NCBI GenBank assembly: GCA_041946805.1
Contig: JBHGBC010000088.1
Location: 1 to 24,321, forward strand
DNA: 24,321 nucleotides
Reading direction: 5' to 3'
Source: a bacterium
Lineage (GTDB): Bacteria > Hinthialibacterota > Hinthialibacteria > Hinthialibacterales > Hinthialibacteraceae
Shown here: piece after piece, positions 1 through 9,094 of the stretch
Position numbering within the stretch: the first letter of the stretch is position 1
Layout: every line of letters begins with the position of its first letter
The notes under the pieces: model-generated
What the model was told of the DNA's origin: nothing
What the model saw: the letters and a program-made list of their open reading frames with translations, nothing else
Databases searched by the model: none
Program-made: the position numbers and the translations under genes

Positions 1-1218
1 CGTCAAGGTTTTGGTGTTGTCCAAAATGTACTTCTTCTTGATCAGGATCAGGCCGCCCTGGGGCGAGTTGCCATCGGTGCGGACCAGTCCCGGCCACAAC
101 CGCGCGCCCAGGCTGCTCTTGACCACGTCCCCCTTGAAGATGCCCAGCGAGCGGCACCGGGCGCCCCACGGATTGTTCGCTTGGCCGGCGGCGTTGTCGG
201 GGGCGGCGTCCTCGAATTTCAAGAAGAGGTTCGTGACGTTGCCGGCGGCCAGAATCGGAGCCAGATCAAAGCTGCGCAGCTCGCGGTTGGGGAAATAGCC
301 GTCGATGTTGCCCGCGGGGGCTGTGTAAATCTGGTCCGCGGTGGCCGAATTGTAGAGTTCGGTATAAGTAACATCATCCGTGGAATAGGAGAACTTGACG
401 TTGCCCCACATTTCGGTCCAGAGCGTGCCGGCTTTCAGACCGGCGGGAATGGGAATCGCGTAAATGAAATAGTTGTCCGCGCCGTTCACGTAATGGTACT
501 GGCCATAATCGTGGTTGCTCATGCCGGCCTGATCGTACAGGTAGAGCACATCATCCACATTGCCGTCGTAAGTCAACCAATCCACCACGATCTCGTCGGG
601 ATTGCCGCTGGCGGGGGCCACCCATTCCGGCACTTTCCAGAACCAGTCGTTGACAACCCCGATGGGAATCCAGGCTCCCCCGCCTTCCTGGTATATCGGC
701 TTGAAGCTGTTCACTTCGTAGCGGGGATCGATGACCTCTTTTGTGTTGATATCGATGACTGGAGCCCAATCGGCATCGCTGCCGGGCCAGTTGCCGTTCG
801 CGGACATGCAGGCGATATAGACGTATTGATACTTTCCGGCGGGAACCGGAATGGTATCGCCCGTGGGATAGTACACATCCAAATCACCGATTTCCATCTT
901 GGGCAGCAAGAAGGCCACTTCCCCGTCTTCGATCACGTTGACTTGCCCGGGGATGACATTGACGGGAAGCGTGTTGATCCGCACCCGGTGATCGCCGGAC
1001 GCGCCCAGCGACCACATGGCTCCGCCCGCCTCCGGATGCGTGGAAAGAACCAACGGATCCAGGCTCGCATTCCTGGCGTCGTAGTGATACCAGCCGTCCG
1101 CGTTCCAAAACGCGGTCAAGTCGACGGGTGTGCTCACTACCCTCTGGGCGTCAACCGGGGAAATCGCGGTTCCCGCCAGAAGCACGAAAAATCCAATTCC
1201 ATGAATGAGATGTCGCAT
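1..1218 (-). CDS. Secreted hypothetical protein, partial (runs off left edge; absent from the ORF track)
   Basis: The minus frame from ATG 1218 reads MRHLIHGIGFFVLLAGTAISPVDAQ... and I found no stop down to position 1 (...KKYILDNTKTLT). An AGGAGG RBS lies at 1228-1233. The N-terminus is signal-peptide-like. The + ORF 181..1227 is its antisense shadow. Confidence 0.85.
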   Translation of the reverse strand, partial: MRHLIHGIGFFVLLAGTAISPVDAQRVVSTPVDLTAFWNADGWYHYDARNASLDPLVLSTHPEAGGAMWSLGASGDHRVRINTLPVNVIPGQVNVIEDGEVAFLLPKMEIGDLDVYYPTGDTIPVPAGKYQYVYIACMSANGNWPGSDADWAPVIDINTKEVIDPRYEVNSFKPIYQEGGGAWIPIGVVNDWFWKVPEWVAPASGNPDEIVVDWLTYDGNVDDVLYLYDQAGMSNHDYGQYHYVNGADNYFIYAIPIPAGLKAGTLWTEMWGNVKFSYSTDDVTYTELYNSATADQIYTAPAGNIDGYFPNRELRSFDLAPILAAGNVTNLFLKFEDAAPDNAAGQANNPWGARCRSLGIFKGDVVKSSLGARLWPGLVRTDGNSPQGGLILIKKKYILDNTKTLT

Positions 1219-1453
1219 GCGCAATGACCTCCTGTTCGAAAGGCGGTTTTTCCTGCCGTGGCCAATCCGGTCACGAATCATGGATATCCCATGAAACCTT
1301 GGAGACCTCCTCCGGTTTTTCACGGCCATCATCTTATCGGAAAAGAAAATGAAAAATAATGGGAGATTGATTGAATTAAAAAAATTAAAAAAGATTATTT
1401 TCCTGATTAGATCGAAAAACTGAAGGATTGTGTAACAATTCTCCTTCCATGCG

Positions 1454-1652
1454 TTAGAACCTGTCTTCAGGATATCGAGCCCAACCATGCCAGGAAAAGG
1501 CTTTCCCTCTCCCTGGCCCTCTCCCGGGGGGAGAAAAGATGCAGGGTAGATCACTCCAAGCCGACTACTCGTTGCCGGGTCACACTCCCGGAAAAATGTA
1601 CGCGCGTAGCGGATGAATCCAATATCCAGCCATCCTTGAAGACATGTTCTAA
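1454..1652. mobile_element. MITE-like element with ~20-bp terminal inverted repeats
   Basis: The left end is TTAGAACCTGTCTTCAGGAT (1454-1473). The reverse complement of the right end (1632-1652) is TTAGAACATGTCTTCAAGGAT. There is no ORF, and the interior is a copy of the dispersed ~125-bp repeat. Confidence 0.7.
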
Positions 1653-2483
1653 TACGGGCCCAATAGTCATGACTCTCCCGCCTTACAGTGGCTATTATGC
1701 CATTGATTTTTCACAAGATGATAAAAAATTGTCACCAATCACGTACATCATGCAACGGTAACGATCTGGGATGTACATACCGGAGATGAAATAAATACAA
1801 TTCAAGGAGAAATTGATTCACGCCCACCCTGCTGGTATACGGCAGTTAGTTTTTCTCATGATGGCGAGAAGGTTCTTTGCGGAGATGAAAATGGCAGTCT
1901 TTAAGTAATTGATATCAACCAAGAAAAAGTAGTACGGAAATTCAAATATTTGGGTGGCTGCATGGATAATATCCAAACCTTTCCTGATGGGAACAGAGTT
2001 TTGGCTTCCTTATCTATTGTGTCACTTCAAACAGGAGAAATAATTTACAAAATTGATAAAACACATCCTTTTCTATCTTATGATGGAAATGAAATATATG
2101 CCTACGATTATGTTATCAGCAATCCTGTTGAGCAATATATTCCCGTTGTCTTGAATGCGGACAATTTGGAAATGAAACAGCGATATTCTCCATTTTCATA
2201 TATCCCATTATTCGACACATCACCCAATGGAAGATTTATTGCAATGGCAGGTAAAGAAAAAGTTGACAGCGGAAGCAAGGTTACTCCTCAAGTCTTCGAT
2301 CTTATATCAAATAAAGTAGCACGGACAATCGCTGTGGAGGAAGTATCAGATAATGTATTTGATCTGGTGAAATTCTCCCGCGATGGGAACAGGGTTGCCT
2401 TCGTCAAAGGTGATACAGTATATCTCTACGACATCTCCGGCCTCGCCGCCGGGGTGAAGGGAATGGAAGAAATACGTCAATAA
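1653..2483 (+). pseudogene. WD40/beta-propeller protein pseudogene (5'-truncated, frameshift, premature stop)
   Basis: WD40-like motifs AIDFSQDDKK, VTIWDVHTG, AVSFSHDGEKVLCG, FPDGNRVLA, SPNGRFIA and FSRDGNRVAF can be joined across a frameshift at the A6 run (1723-1728) and an in-frame TAA (1902-1904). The region is AT-rich relative to its neighbours. Confidence 0.8.
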
Positions 2484-2587
2484 TCATCCAGCGTCAGGGA
2501 AGGGAAATCCCCGCGTGCCTAACCGGGGCTTGATTTCTGTCCTTTCAAACGGAGCCGTCCGGGCCAGAGCGGGGATCTACCACCGCG

Positions 2588-3502
2588 TCACTTCCACACC
2601 TTCACGCCTGGAACGGTCAGTTCGACGCGGTAGAGGCCGGTCCGCGCGGTGATGAAGAGAGTCTGGTTGTCCGGGCCGCCGAAGGCGCAATTGGCGGGGG
2701 CTTCGGGGACCGCGATGATCTCCTGCCGGGCGCCTTCCGCGTTGCAGATCTCGATGCCGTTGCGCGAGGCGATGAACAGGTTGCCCTGCGAGTCCACTTT
2801 CATCCCATCCGGGCCTTCGACCTCGAACAGCACCCGGCCGTTCTTCAACGAACCATCCGGTTCCACGTCGAAGGCGCGCACGTGGGACTGGGCGGTATCG
2901 GCCACGTAGAGGATCTTCTCATCGGGTGAGAAGGCGATGCCGTTGGGCTTGTCGAAATCGCCCGCCAGCAACACCGCTTCGCTGCCCGGCTGCGCCCGGT
3001 ACACGCCTTTCACGTCGATCTCGCGGGGACGGCGGCCGAGGCCGTAGTCGGGATCGGTGAAGAAAATCATGCCGTCGGAACGCACGGCGCAGTCGTTGGG
3101 ACTGTTGAATTTCTTCCCCTGGCAGGTTTCGGCCGCGGCGGTGATGGTCCCGTCCGCCGCGGTGATCGACACGCGCCGGTTGCCGTGCTCGCAGGCAATG
3201 AGGCGGCCCTGAGGATCGAAGGTCAGGCCGTTCGCCCCGCCGCTGTTTTCCCGGAACGCGGTGACCTTTCCATCCGGGGACCATTTCATGATCCGGTTGG
3301 CGGGGATGTCGCTGAACAACAGGTAGCCGTCCTTGTGCCACACGGGGCCTTCGGTGAACTGAAAGCCGCCCGCCGCTTTTTCCACCGGAGAGGCGGTGAA
3401 CTTGGAGACTTTTTCGGATCCGAAGGCGGGGCCCAGGAGTATCGTGACAAGAAGCCCGATCACGGCGTAAGACAAGACTTTGGGAAACATGGATTTGGAC
3501 AT
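2588..3502 (-). CDS. SMP-30/gluconolactonase/LRE family protein, secreted
   Basis: Motifs FTEGPVW, FSDIP, NGLTFD, NSPND, PNGIAFSPD, PDGMKVD and NCAFGG. Signal peptide and GGAGG RBS present. Confidence 0.92.
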   Translation of the reverse strand: MSKSMFPKVLSYAVIGLLVTILLGPAFGSEKVSKFTASPVEKAAGGFQFTEGPVWHKDGYLLFSDIPANRIMKWSPDGKVTAFRENSGGANGLTFDPQGRLIACEHGNRRVSITAADGTITAAAETCQGKKFNSPNDCAVRSDGMIFFTDPDYGLGRRPREIDVKGVYRAQPGSEAVLLAGDFDKPNGIAFSPDEKILYVADTAQSHVRAFDVEPDGSLKNGRVLFEVEGPDGMKVDSQGNLFIASRNGIEICNAEGARQEIIAVPEAPANCAFGGPDNQTLFITARTGLYRVELTVPGVKVWK

Positions 3503-3538
3503 GAGAGATGTCCTCCCTTTCGTATTTGGGTGAAAGGT

Positions 3539-3847
3539 GATGGGTTACGCGCTGCGCGCTAACCCATCCTACTCCGCTGCGAGTTGTCATCCCCGCGCAA
3601 GCGGGGATCCAGCATGATTGCTTGTCGCGGCCTATTTTCCGTAGGGGCACGTGGCCACGTGCCCCGGCATCGTAGCGGGGGGAGACCGCGGTTCGCCCCG
3701 GCCTGCCTCCCGGCATTCATCCACATTCCTGGCAACGCGTGAAATCCCGTCAATCAATATCAGTAGTCCACGAAAGGGGACTCCGATCATCTGGGTGGGC
3801 TACGCTGCGCTTTGAGCCCACCCTACAACTTTGAGCCCACCCTACAA
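3539..3847. repeat. Cluster of REP-like palindromes
   Basis: GTAG-footed hairpins at 3539-3572, 3641-3665 (perfect GGGGCACGTGGCCACGTGCCCC), 3672-3700 and 3794-3826. A GTCATCCCCGCGCAAGCGGGGATCCAG hairpin lies at 3586-3612. There is a 19-bp tandem duplication at 3810-3847. Confidence 0.8.
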
Positions 3848-3890
3848 CTCCTGCTCAAGGCCGGGGTGGCCATGATCCCGCGCTCATCCT

Positions 3891-5474
3891 TCACGGTTTG
3901 GGCTTTTCCGGGCCGTCGAAGACGATCGCCTTGTCGATGAAAACGGCGTAATCCCCGGAATTGGGATCCTTGCGGCCGGCCACTTCGATGGTGATGGTAT
4001 GCTTCCCGCGGGGCAGCCCCATCACGTGGAAGAGGCTCTCGCTGCCCTTGCCGCGGTGGTAATACATGTTGATGGAGCGTTTTTTCTCACCATCCAGGTA
4101 AATATTGGCGAGGCCCGCGTTTGGATTGTATGAACCCAGCACCATGGCTCCCGTGCCCTCGAAGGTGAAGACCGCCTCGGCTCCCGCCTCGTTGGAAACG
4201 CGTTCCTCGTCATCCTGCTTCCAGGCGCCTTTCCAGGTGAAAGCGGGATCGCCGTCGTTCACCACGGCGGCGGGCTGGTCCTGTTTCCATTGTTCCAACT
4301 TTGCCGGGACGGGTTCCTGCAACGCCACGGTGATCTGGCCGTTCTCGATGGAGCCGCCATGGCGGACGATCAGTTTCTTGGCGCGTTCCAGGGTGCTGCG
4401 GCAGATGTCCTCGAACGAATAATCGGTGAAACTGAACTTCTCGTTCTTGATCACCTCGATTTCCTGGGTCCAGTCCTTGGGCAGTTTTTCATACCCCATG
4501 ATCAGTCCCAGCACGCCGGCGGCGCTGGCGGGATTGCAGTCCGAATCCTGCCCGCACTGCGTGGCGATGTTGACCGTCTTTTGAAAATCCCCCTTCCCGT
4601 ACAGCAGACCGATGGCGATATATGCCCCGTTGGTCTTGGCGTCGATATCGAACGCGTTGTAGGTGCCCTGGGGGCAGATGTCGGTGTTGGCCCATTTGTC
4701 CTCGAACATCTGCCAGGTTTTCTTCCAATCATCCGGGTATTGCTTGTACCACGCCATCACGTCGCGCAGGCAGCGGGCGTATTCGCTCTCGGGAGGCAGC
4801 GCCTGAATGCCCGCTTCCACGATCTTGGGGATGTCGGCCTCGAAATAGGCCACGGCGTACAGGGCGCAGACGAACATGCCGCCATAGACGCCGTCGCCGT
4901 AGTTCATGACATGGCCCACCCGGTCACAGAATTCGTTGGAGGTGGCGGGCATGCCGGGACACATCAGGCCGATGAAGTCGGCCTCGATCTGGAAATCGAT
5001 GTCGTCCGCATGGCCGTTGTACAGGGGATGGCCCGATTCGGGAGGGAGAATCCCATTGCGGCAATTCTGCCGGCCGATGAAGTTGGCATGCCACAGCTCA
5101 TACTTACTGTTGGCGAACGCTTTGCCGTAGGAGACCATGGGCGCGTCCAGGCCCTCGTCATCCATGACCTTGGCGAAGGTCATGTCCACGTACAGATCGT
5201 CCTGCCCGATGGCGCTGCGCACCGAGGCGGGATTCCATTCGATGGGCTTGTCGTAGATTTTGGATTGCGCCCGGAACTCGGTGGGGCCGCCGACCGACAC
5301 GCCGATCATCTGCCCGGCCCAGCCGCCCTTGATTTTGTCCAGCAACCGCGCTTCCGAAAGCGTCTGCTTGGATTGCGCGAAGACGCGCGGCGCGCTCAGC
5401 ATCAGGAGCAAGCATAATCCAACCGTAATCATTCGGGCGCTTCGCAAAACCGGATTCAATAACTGATTGCGCAT
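3891..5474 (-). CDS. ADP-ribosylglycohydrolase family protein with signal peptide and C-terminal beta-sandwich domain
   Basis: Motifs KIKGGWAGQMIG, QDDLYV, DDIDFQIEADFIG and GQDSDCNPASAAGVLG. The start is moved to ATG 5474 (MRNQLL), which has a GGAGGAGG RBS. Confidence 0.85.
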   Translation of the reverse strand: MRNQLLNPVLRSARMITVGLCLLLMLSAPRVFAQSKQTLSEARLLDKIKGGWAGQMIGVSVGGPTEFRAQSKIYDKPIEWNPASVRSAIGQDDLYVDMTFAKVMDDEGLDAPMVSYGKAFANSKYELWHANFIGRQNCRNGILPPESGHPLYNGHADDIDFQIEADFIGLMCPGMPATSNEFCDRVGHVMNYGDGVYGGMFVCALYAVAYFEADIPKIVEAGIQALPPESEYARCLRDVMAWYKQYPDDWKKTWQMFEDKWANTDICPQGTYNAFDIDAKTNGAYIAIGLLYGKGDFQKTVNIATQCGQDSDCNPASAAGVLGLIMGYEKLPKDWTQEIEVIKNEKFSFTDYSFEDICRSTLERAKKLIVRHGGSIENGQITVALQEPVPAKLEQWKQDQPAAVVNDGDPAFTWKGAWKQDDEERVSNEAGAEAVFTFEGTGAMVLGSYNPNAGLANIYLDGEKKRSINMYYHRGKGSESLFHVMGLPRGKHTITIEVAGRKDPNSGDYAVFIDKAIVFDGPEKPKP

Positions 5475-5532
5475 GGCCTCCTCCGTGTGAAACGATTTGG
5501 TAAAGGAAAGATAATCGTGATCTACGAATATA

Positions 5533-5900
5533 CCCTCACCCCCGGCCCCTCTCCCATACAGGGAGAGGCGGGTCGGAAAAGCGGCGGGATTGATCGGTTT
5601 CGCTTCGCTCAACCCACCCTGCTCTACTTCTTTTGCGCGTGGCCATCGTACCAAAACTCAAGGGCGTAGTGAACCGGGAACGGAGAAAAGATCCAGCGGG
5701 ATGAACCGCGGGAATTGCCCGGAAGGGAGAGATCGTTGGCAATAGGCATAAACGGACGTTTCCGTAAAAACAGGGGCGCATCGCAACGTGCCCTTGCGTC
5801 CGTATCAGACCGCAATCGATAACACTCTCCCACACATGTCCTCCCCGCGAAAGCGGGAATCCAGCGTATAGGCGGCGCCGGGGAAGTGGATCCCCGGCGG
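5533..5900. repeat. Second cluster of REP-like palindromes
   Basis: CCCTCACCCCCGGCCCCTCTCCC..GGGAGAGG at 5533-5568. Degenerate GTAG-type hairpins at 5592-5622 and 5772-5797. GTCCTCCCCGCGAAAGCGGGAATCCAG at 5838-5864 is a homologue of 3586-3612. Confidence 0.75.
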
Positions 5901-6009
5901 AATGCTTTCCCACACGCTGGGGAGACGGGGTATCCTGGCCTCCCGGTTCGTTCAGCCGATGAATCACCCACGCTCGATTCCCGGTAAAATCCGAAAGCGG
6001 CGTGACCGC

Positions 6010-7104
6010 TCACATGTCGAACGACAATCCCACGCCGAGGTATTCGTCGTTTTCTTTGTAAAACGGCCATTCCACGCGCTTGCCGTTGTAGTATTCGCCC
6101 AACAGGCGGGTCACGCGGTTGCGGAACGGCCAGTCGTGGATCTCGACCCCGAAGACATACCGCTGATTCAAATCCCACTCGAACTCTTCTTGCAGATGGA
6201 GATGGATGCCCAGCACGGGATGAATGGCGTACTGGTTCCAGGGCGTGAGTTCGAGGCCGTAGATCATTTCCCACGGATCCCGTTCCGGCGTCACGTCAAA
6301 CAAATAGGCAAAGCCTCCGTAGATCCGCCACCAATCGGGTTTGTACGACAAGACCACATCCACCAGGTTGTTGTCCACCTGGTAATCCGGCAGGCGGTCG
6401 TCCGTAATGATGCTGGAATGCTGCGCCAGATATTCATCCCCCAGATGGGAACTGCGGTGCAGCAGGCGAAAGCGGGTGGAAAAATCCTCATAGCGGTACA
6501 CCATCGGCATGCCCAATTGGAAATCGATGTTTTGCAGGTCGGTTTTGGGTTGATCCAAGTCAAAGTAACTGAAAACAGATCCCTCGATGTTGATCTGCAA
6601 CTGATGCCCCGGGCCGAAGACATCCTTCCAGCGGTACAGGCCGAACACTTCGCCCAAGCCCACCGCCCCGAAATTGTTACCCGATTTCTCGCTGTGCCGG
6701 AAACTCATGAAAAACCGGGACTCCCAGGGATCCGCCAGCAACGGAGTGAAAAGATCGTCCTTGGGGAAAAATCCATGAAAGGCCCGGTTGAATTCCTCCT
6801 CTTCTTCGGCGGGCGCCTGCTCCCTTTTCAAGGGCAAATACTCCACCCGCGCCACGCCGGACGCCCGTGACACCGCGTCGATGATCTCCCGCAGTTTCTC
6901 CTCGGACACAGCGCCGCCGCGCAAGGTCACCACGCCCTGTTTCACCTCAACCTGGACAGCCGGCATCTTCAGCACATGCTCCAGGAGGGCGGTCACGTAG
7001 CCTTGCAGAAACTGGTCCTCCACCGGCGGGGTTTCCGTGGCCGCGGCCCATCCGCCCGCCGCCAGCCCGCCGATCAGCCCGATCAGTACGATTCGTTTTC
7101 TCAT
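6010..7104 (-). CDS. DUF1207-like probable outer-membrane protein with N-terminal BON-like domain
   Basis: Motifs LFTPLLADPWE and RFRLLHRSSHLGDEY. N-terminal VEVKQGVVTL...SGVARV segment. Barrel-like C-terminus YLGVGLSFDM. Signal peptide from ATG 7104 (MRKRIVLIG). Confidence 0.75.
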   Translation of the reverse strand: MRKRIVLIGLIGGLAAGGWAAATETPPVEDQFLQGYVTALLEHVLKMPAVQVEVKQGVVTLRGGAVSEEKLREIIDAVSRASGVARVEYLPLKREQAPAEEEEEFNRAFHGFFPKDDLFTPLLADPWESRFFMSFRHSEKSGNNFGAVGLGEVFGLYRWKDVFGPGHQLQINIEGSVFSYFDLDQPKTDLQNIDFQLGMPMVYRYEDFSTRFRLLHRSSHLGDEYLAQHSSIITDDRLPDYQVDNNLVDVVLSYKPDWWRIYGGFAYLFDVTPERDPWEMIYGLELTPWNQYAIHPVLGIHLHLQEEFEWDLNQRYVFGVEIHDWPFRNRVTRLLGEYYNGKRVEWPFYKENDEYLGVGLSFDM

Positions 7105-7218
7105 GAACGCGCCTTTGGGATTCCGATTGATCCAGGAAGCGAGCGTATGATGTTGATAACGGTTTCCTCTCCTCTCCCGCGGACAGCCGGGCAAAAACAA
7201 TGTAACACCCCTGCCCCA

Positions 7219-7334
7219 TTCCCTCACCCTGGCCCACTCCCGGAGGGGGAGGGGATTGAGGAGTCTCAGACCAGCCTGATGGAATATCGATAGCCACTTT
7301 GGGAAAAATGTACGCGTTGGCTGGATAAGCCTTA
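7219..7334 (+). repeat. Dispersed ~120-bp repeat (MITE/REP family), copy B
   Basis: TTCCCTCACCCTGGCCCACTCCC..GGGGAGGGGAT ... GAAAAATGTACGCG..GGATAA is collinear with 1499-1624. Confidence 0.65.
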
Positions 7335-7336
7335 TT

Positions 7337-9094
7337 TCATCGGTCCGACAAGACGATCTCCTGCTGGCTCCGCCCGCCCTTGGTGGAATCCACCGTCACC
7401 ACCACCGGCGCTTTTCCACGCACGAGGAATTGCACCCGCTCCGAATCCATCCCGGGGATGGTTGGGATTTCCACCCGGTAGGGCCGCACCAGCACCGGAT
7501 CCACCCGCTTGAAGTAGGGATCCGCCACCCGGCCGGAACTGACCACCCGTTCTTCGGGCATCGTCACCACGTCGGGCGGATTGATGTGGTTTTTGACATC
7601 CTGTTCGATCCGGGTGGGAATCATCCCCTCGTTGCGCACTTCGATCCACACCTTGAACAAGTCCTCACCGGCCGGTTCCACCTTGATTTCCCCGAATGCG
7701 ATCCGGGGCATCGACGAGGCGTGGTACAGGGTGAAGGCCATGTTCCGGTGGCACTCCTCCTCCAGCAGGAACGAAGGCGGAACCCGGCTCCATTCCTTGT
7801 GAAAACCACCGATCTCGATCTTCCCGTACGTAGGGTGATCGTATTCCTTCCATTTCGTCAGGCCGTCGTTCATCAACAGATACTTGATGAACTCGGCTTC
7901 GGCCTCATCGTCCGTCCGGTCGCTCCGGAACATGTTCTTGGTGGTCCATAGTTCGTTGGTGAAGGCCAAGATCCCCCGCGCGCCGTAGAACCAGTCCACT
8001 TCGCCGCCCCACAGGGTGTAGAGGTCCCGCCAGATCACCATGGACCGGTAAAAGGGCAGCGTGAGTTCGCCCTTGGCGGCAATTTCGCTGAGCACCCGGT
8101 CGTCGCGGGGCTGCATGTCGCCGCCCTCCCGCTGCGGGCCGCGCAGGATCATGCCGCCGTTGTTGTGATACGACTGCATGCCCGCGATGTTGGGATGGCT
8201 GATCACGAATTGGGACACCGCCCGCGTTTCGGGCAACGAAAAGGGAAAATCCCGCGCGCCCCATTGCACATACGGCGGCTGCCAGTCGAACGCCCAGTTG
8301 CGGTTGGAATCGTAACCCCCGGGCGCGTCTTCATCGATCCGGCCGTCGCCGTCGTTGTCGATTCCCTCCCAGCCCAGCATGGTGAACTCGCCCCGCTCGT
8401 CCGCTTCCGCGGGAACCATCAGGTATTCCGGATACTTGGGATGGGGCTTCATCCGGCCGTTGGGATCGCGGATCCGCATCAGGGTGATGGATCCATCGCC
8501 GTCCAGATCGTCGAATCCGTCTTCGTCCACCTGCCCGTCGCGGTCGTCGTCGAGCGGGACCAGGCCGGAACGCGAGGAATGCGGCGTGTTGGCGTTGTGA
8601 AACCAAAAATCACGCCCGTCCGGATTGATGGTGGGGATCAGGTAAAAAACGAACTGGTCCACCAGCCGCGTGACCGTTTCGTTCTTCCCGTACATCTCGC
8701 ACAAGTACCAGGCGGTATACGCCACCACCTCGCCGGCCTGCACCTCGTTGCCGTGGATGTTGCCGTCGATATACATCCCCGCCTTGCGCGACGGATCGCC
8801 CGTTTGCGGATTGCTCACTTCCAGGCACCAGATCGGCCGCCCCTGATAAGAGTCACCGATGGAATACAACCGCGTCAGGTTGGGAAACGCGTTATGCAGG
8901 CGCTTGAGGATATCCGCCAGACCCGCGGCATCATTGAACCGGTTCCAGGCCACCTCCACCCGCCGTTCGGCCGGCGCGCCCAACGCCTTGAATACATGCG
9001 GACTCTCTTCCGCCCCGGCTCCCGGAGATAATAGAATCCCGCCGGAAACCAGACCGATCCACGCGAATCGTTTCATCTTCTGGATCATGCTCAT
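7337..9094 (-). CDS. M14 family zinc carboxypeptidase, secreted, predicted active
   Basis: HxxE zinc motif GNIHGNE, plus NPDG, NRN, third ligand SYHNNG and catalytic Glu in FTNELW. DxDxDG inserts and a signal peptide are present. Confidence 0.9.
   Translation of the reverse strand: MSMIQKMKRFAWIGLVSGGILLSPGAGAEESPHVFKALGAPAERRVEVAWNRFNDAAGLADILKRLHNAFPNLTRLYSIGDSYQGRPIWCLEVSNPQTGDPSRKAGMYIDGNIHGNEVQAGEVVAYTAWYLCEMYGKNETVTRLVDQFVFYLIPTINPDGRDFWFHNANTPHSSRSGLVPLDDDRDGQVDEDGFDDLDGDGSITLMRIRDPNGRMKPHPKYPEYLMVPAEADERGEFTMLGWEGIDNDGDGRIDEDAPGGYDSNRNWAFDWQPPYVQWGARDFPFSLPETRAVSQFVISHPNIAGMQSYHNNGGMILRGPQREGGDMQPRDDRVLSEIAAKGELTLPFYRSMVIWRDLYTLWGGEVDWFYGARGILAFTNELWTTKNMFRSDRTDDEAEAEFIKYLLMNDGLTKWKEYDHPTYGKIEIGGFHKEWSRVPPSFLLEEECHRNMAFTLYHASSMPRIAFGEIKVEPAGEDLFKVWIEVRNEGMIPTRIEQDVKNHINPPDVVTMPEERVVSSGRVADPYFKRVDPVLVRPYRVEIPTIPGMDSERVQFLVRGKAPVVVTVDSTKGGRSQQEIVLSDR

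Noticed and set aside
181..1227. 348-aa + strand ORF, and similar long ORFs 4290-5417, 5902-6870, 8165-9031, 9121-10461 and 19720-20883
   Set aside because: These are antisense shadows of well-supported genes in GC-rich DNA, with no motifs of their own.
3539..3847. CRISPR array
   Set aside because: The palindromes differ from each other, spacing is irregular, and there are no cas genes.
5475..5654. N-terminal extension of the ADP-ribosylglycohydrolase ORF (likewise 7105-7227, 13560-13676, 15263-15379 and 19765-19881)
   Set aside because: The extensions run through repeats or promoters. Downstream starts fit the RBS, signal peptide or family N-terminus better.
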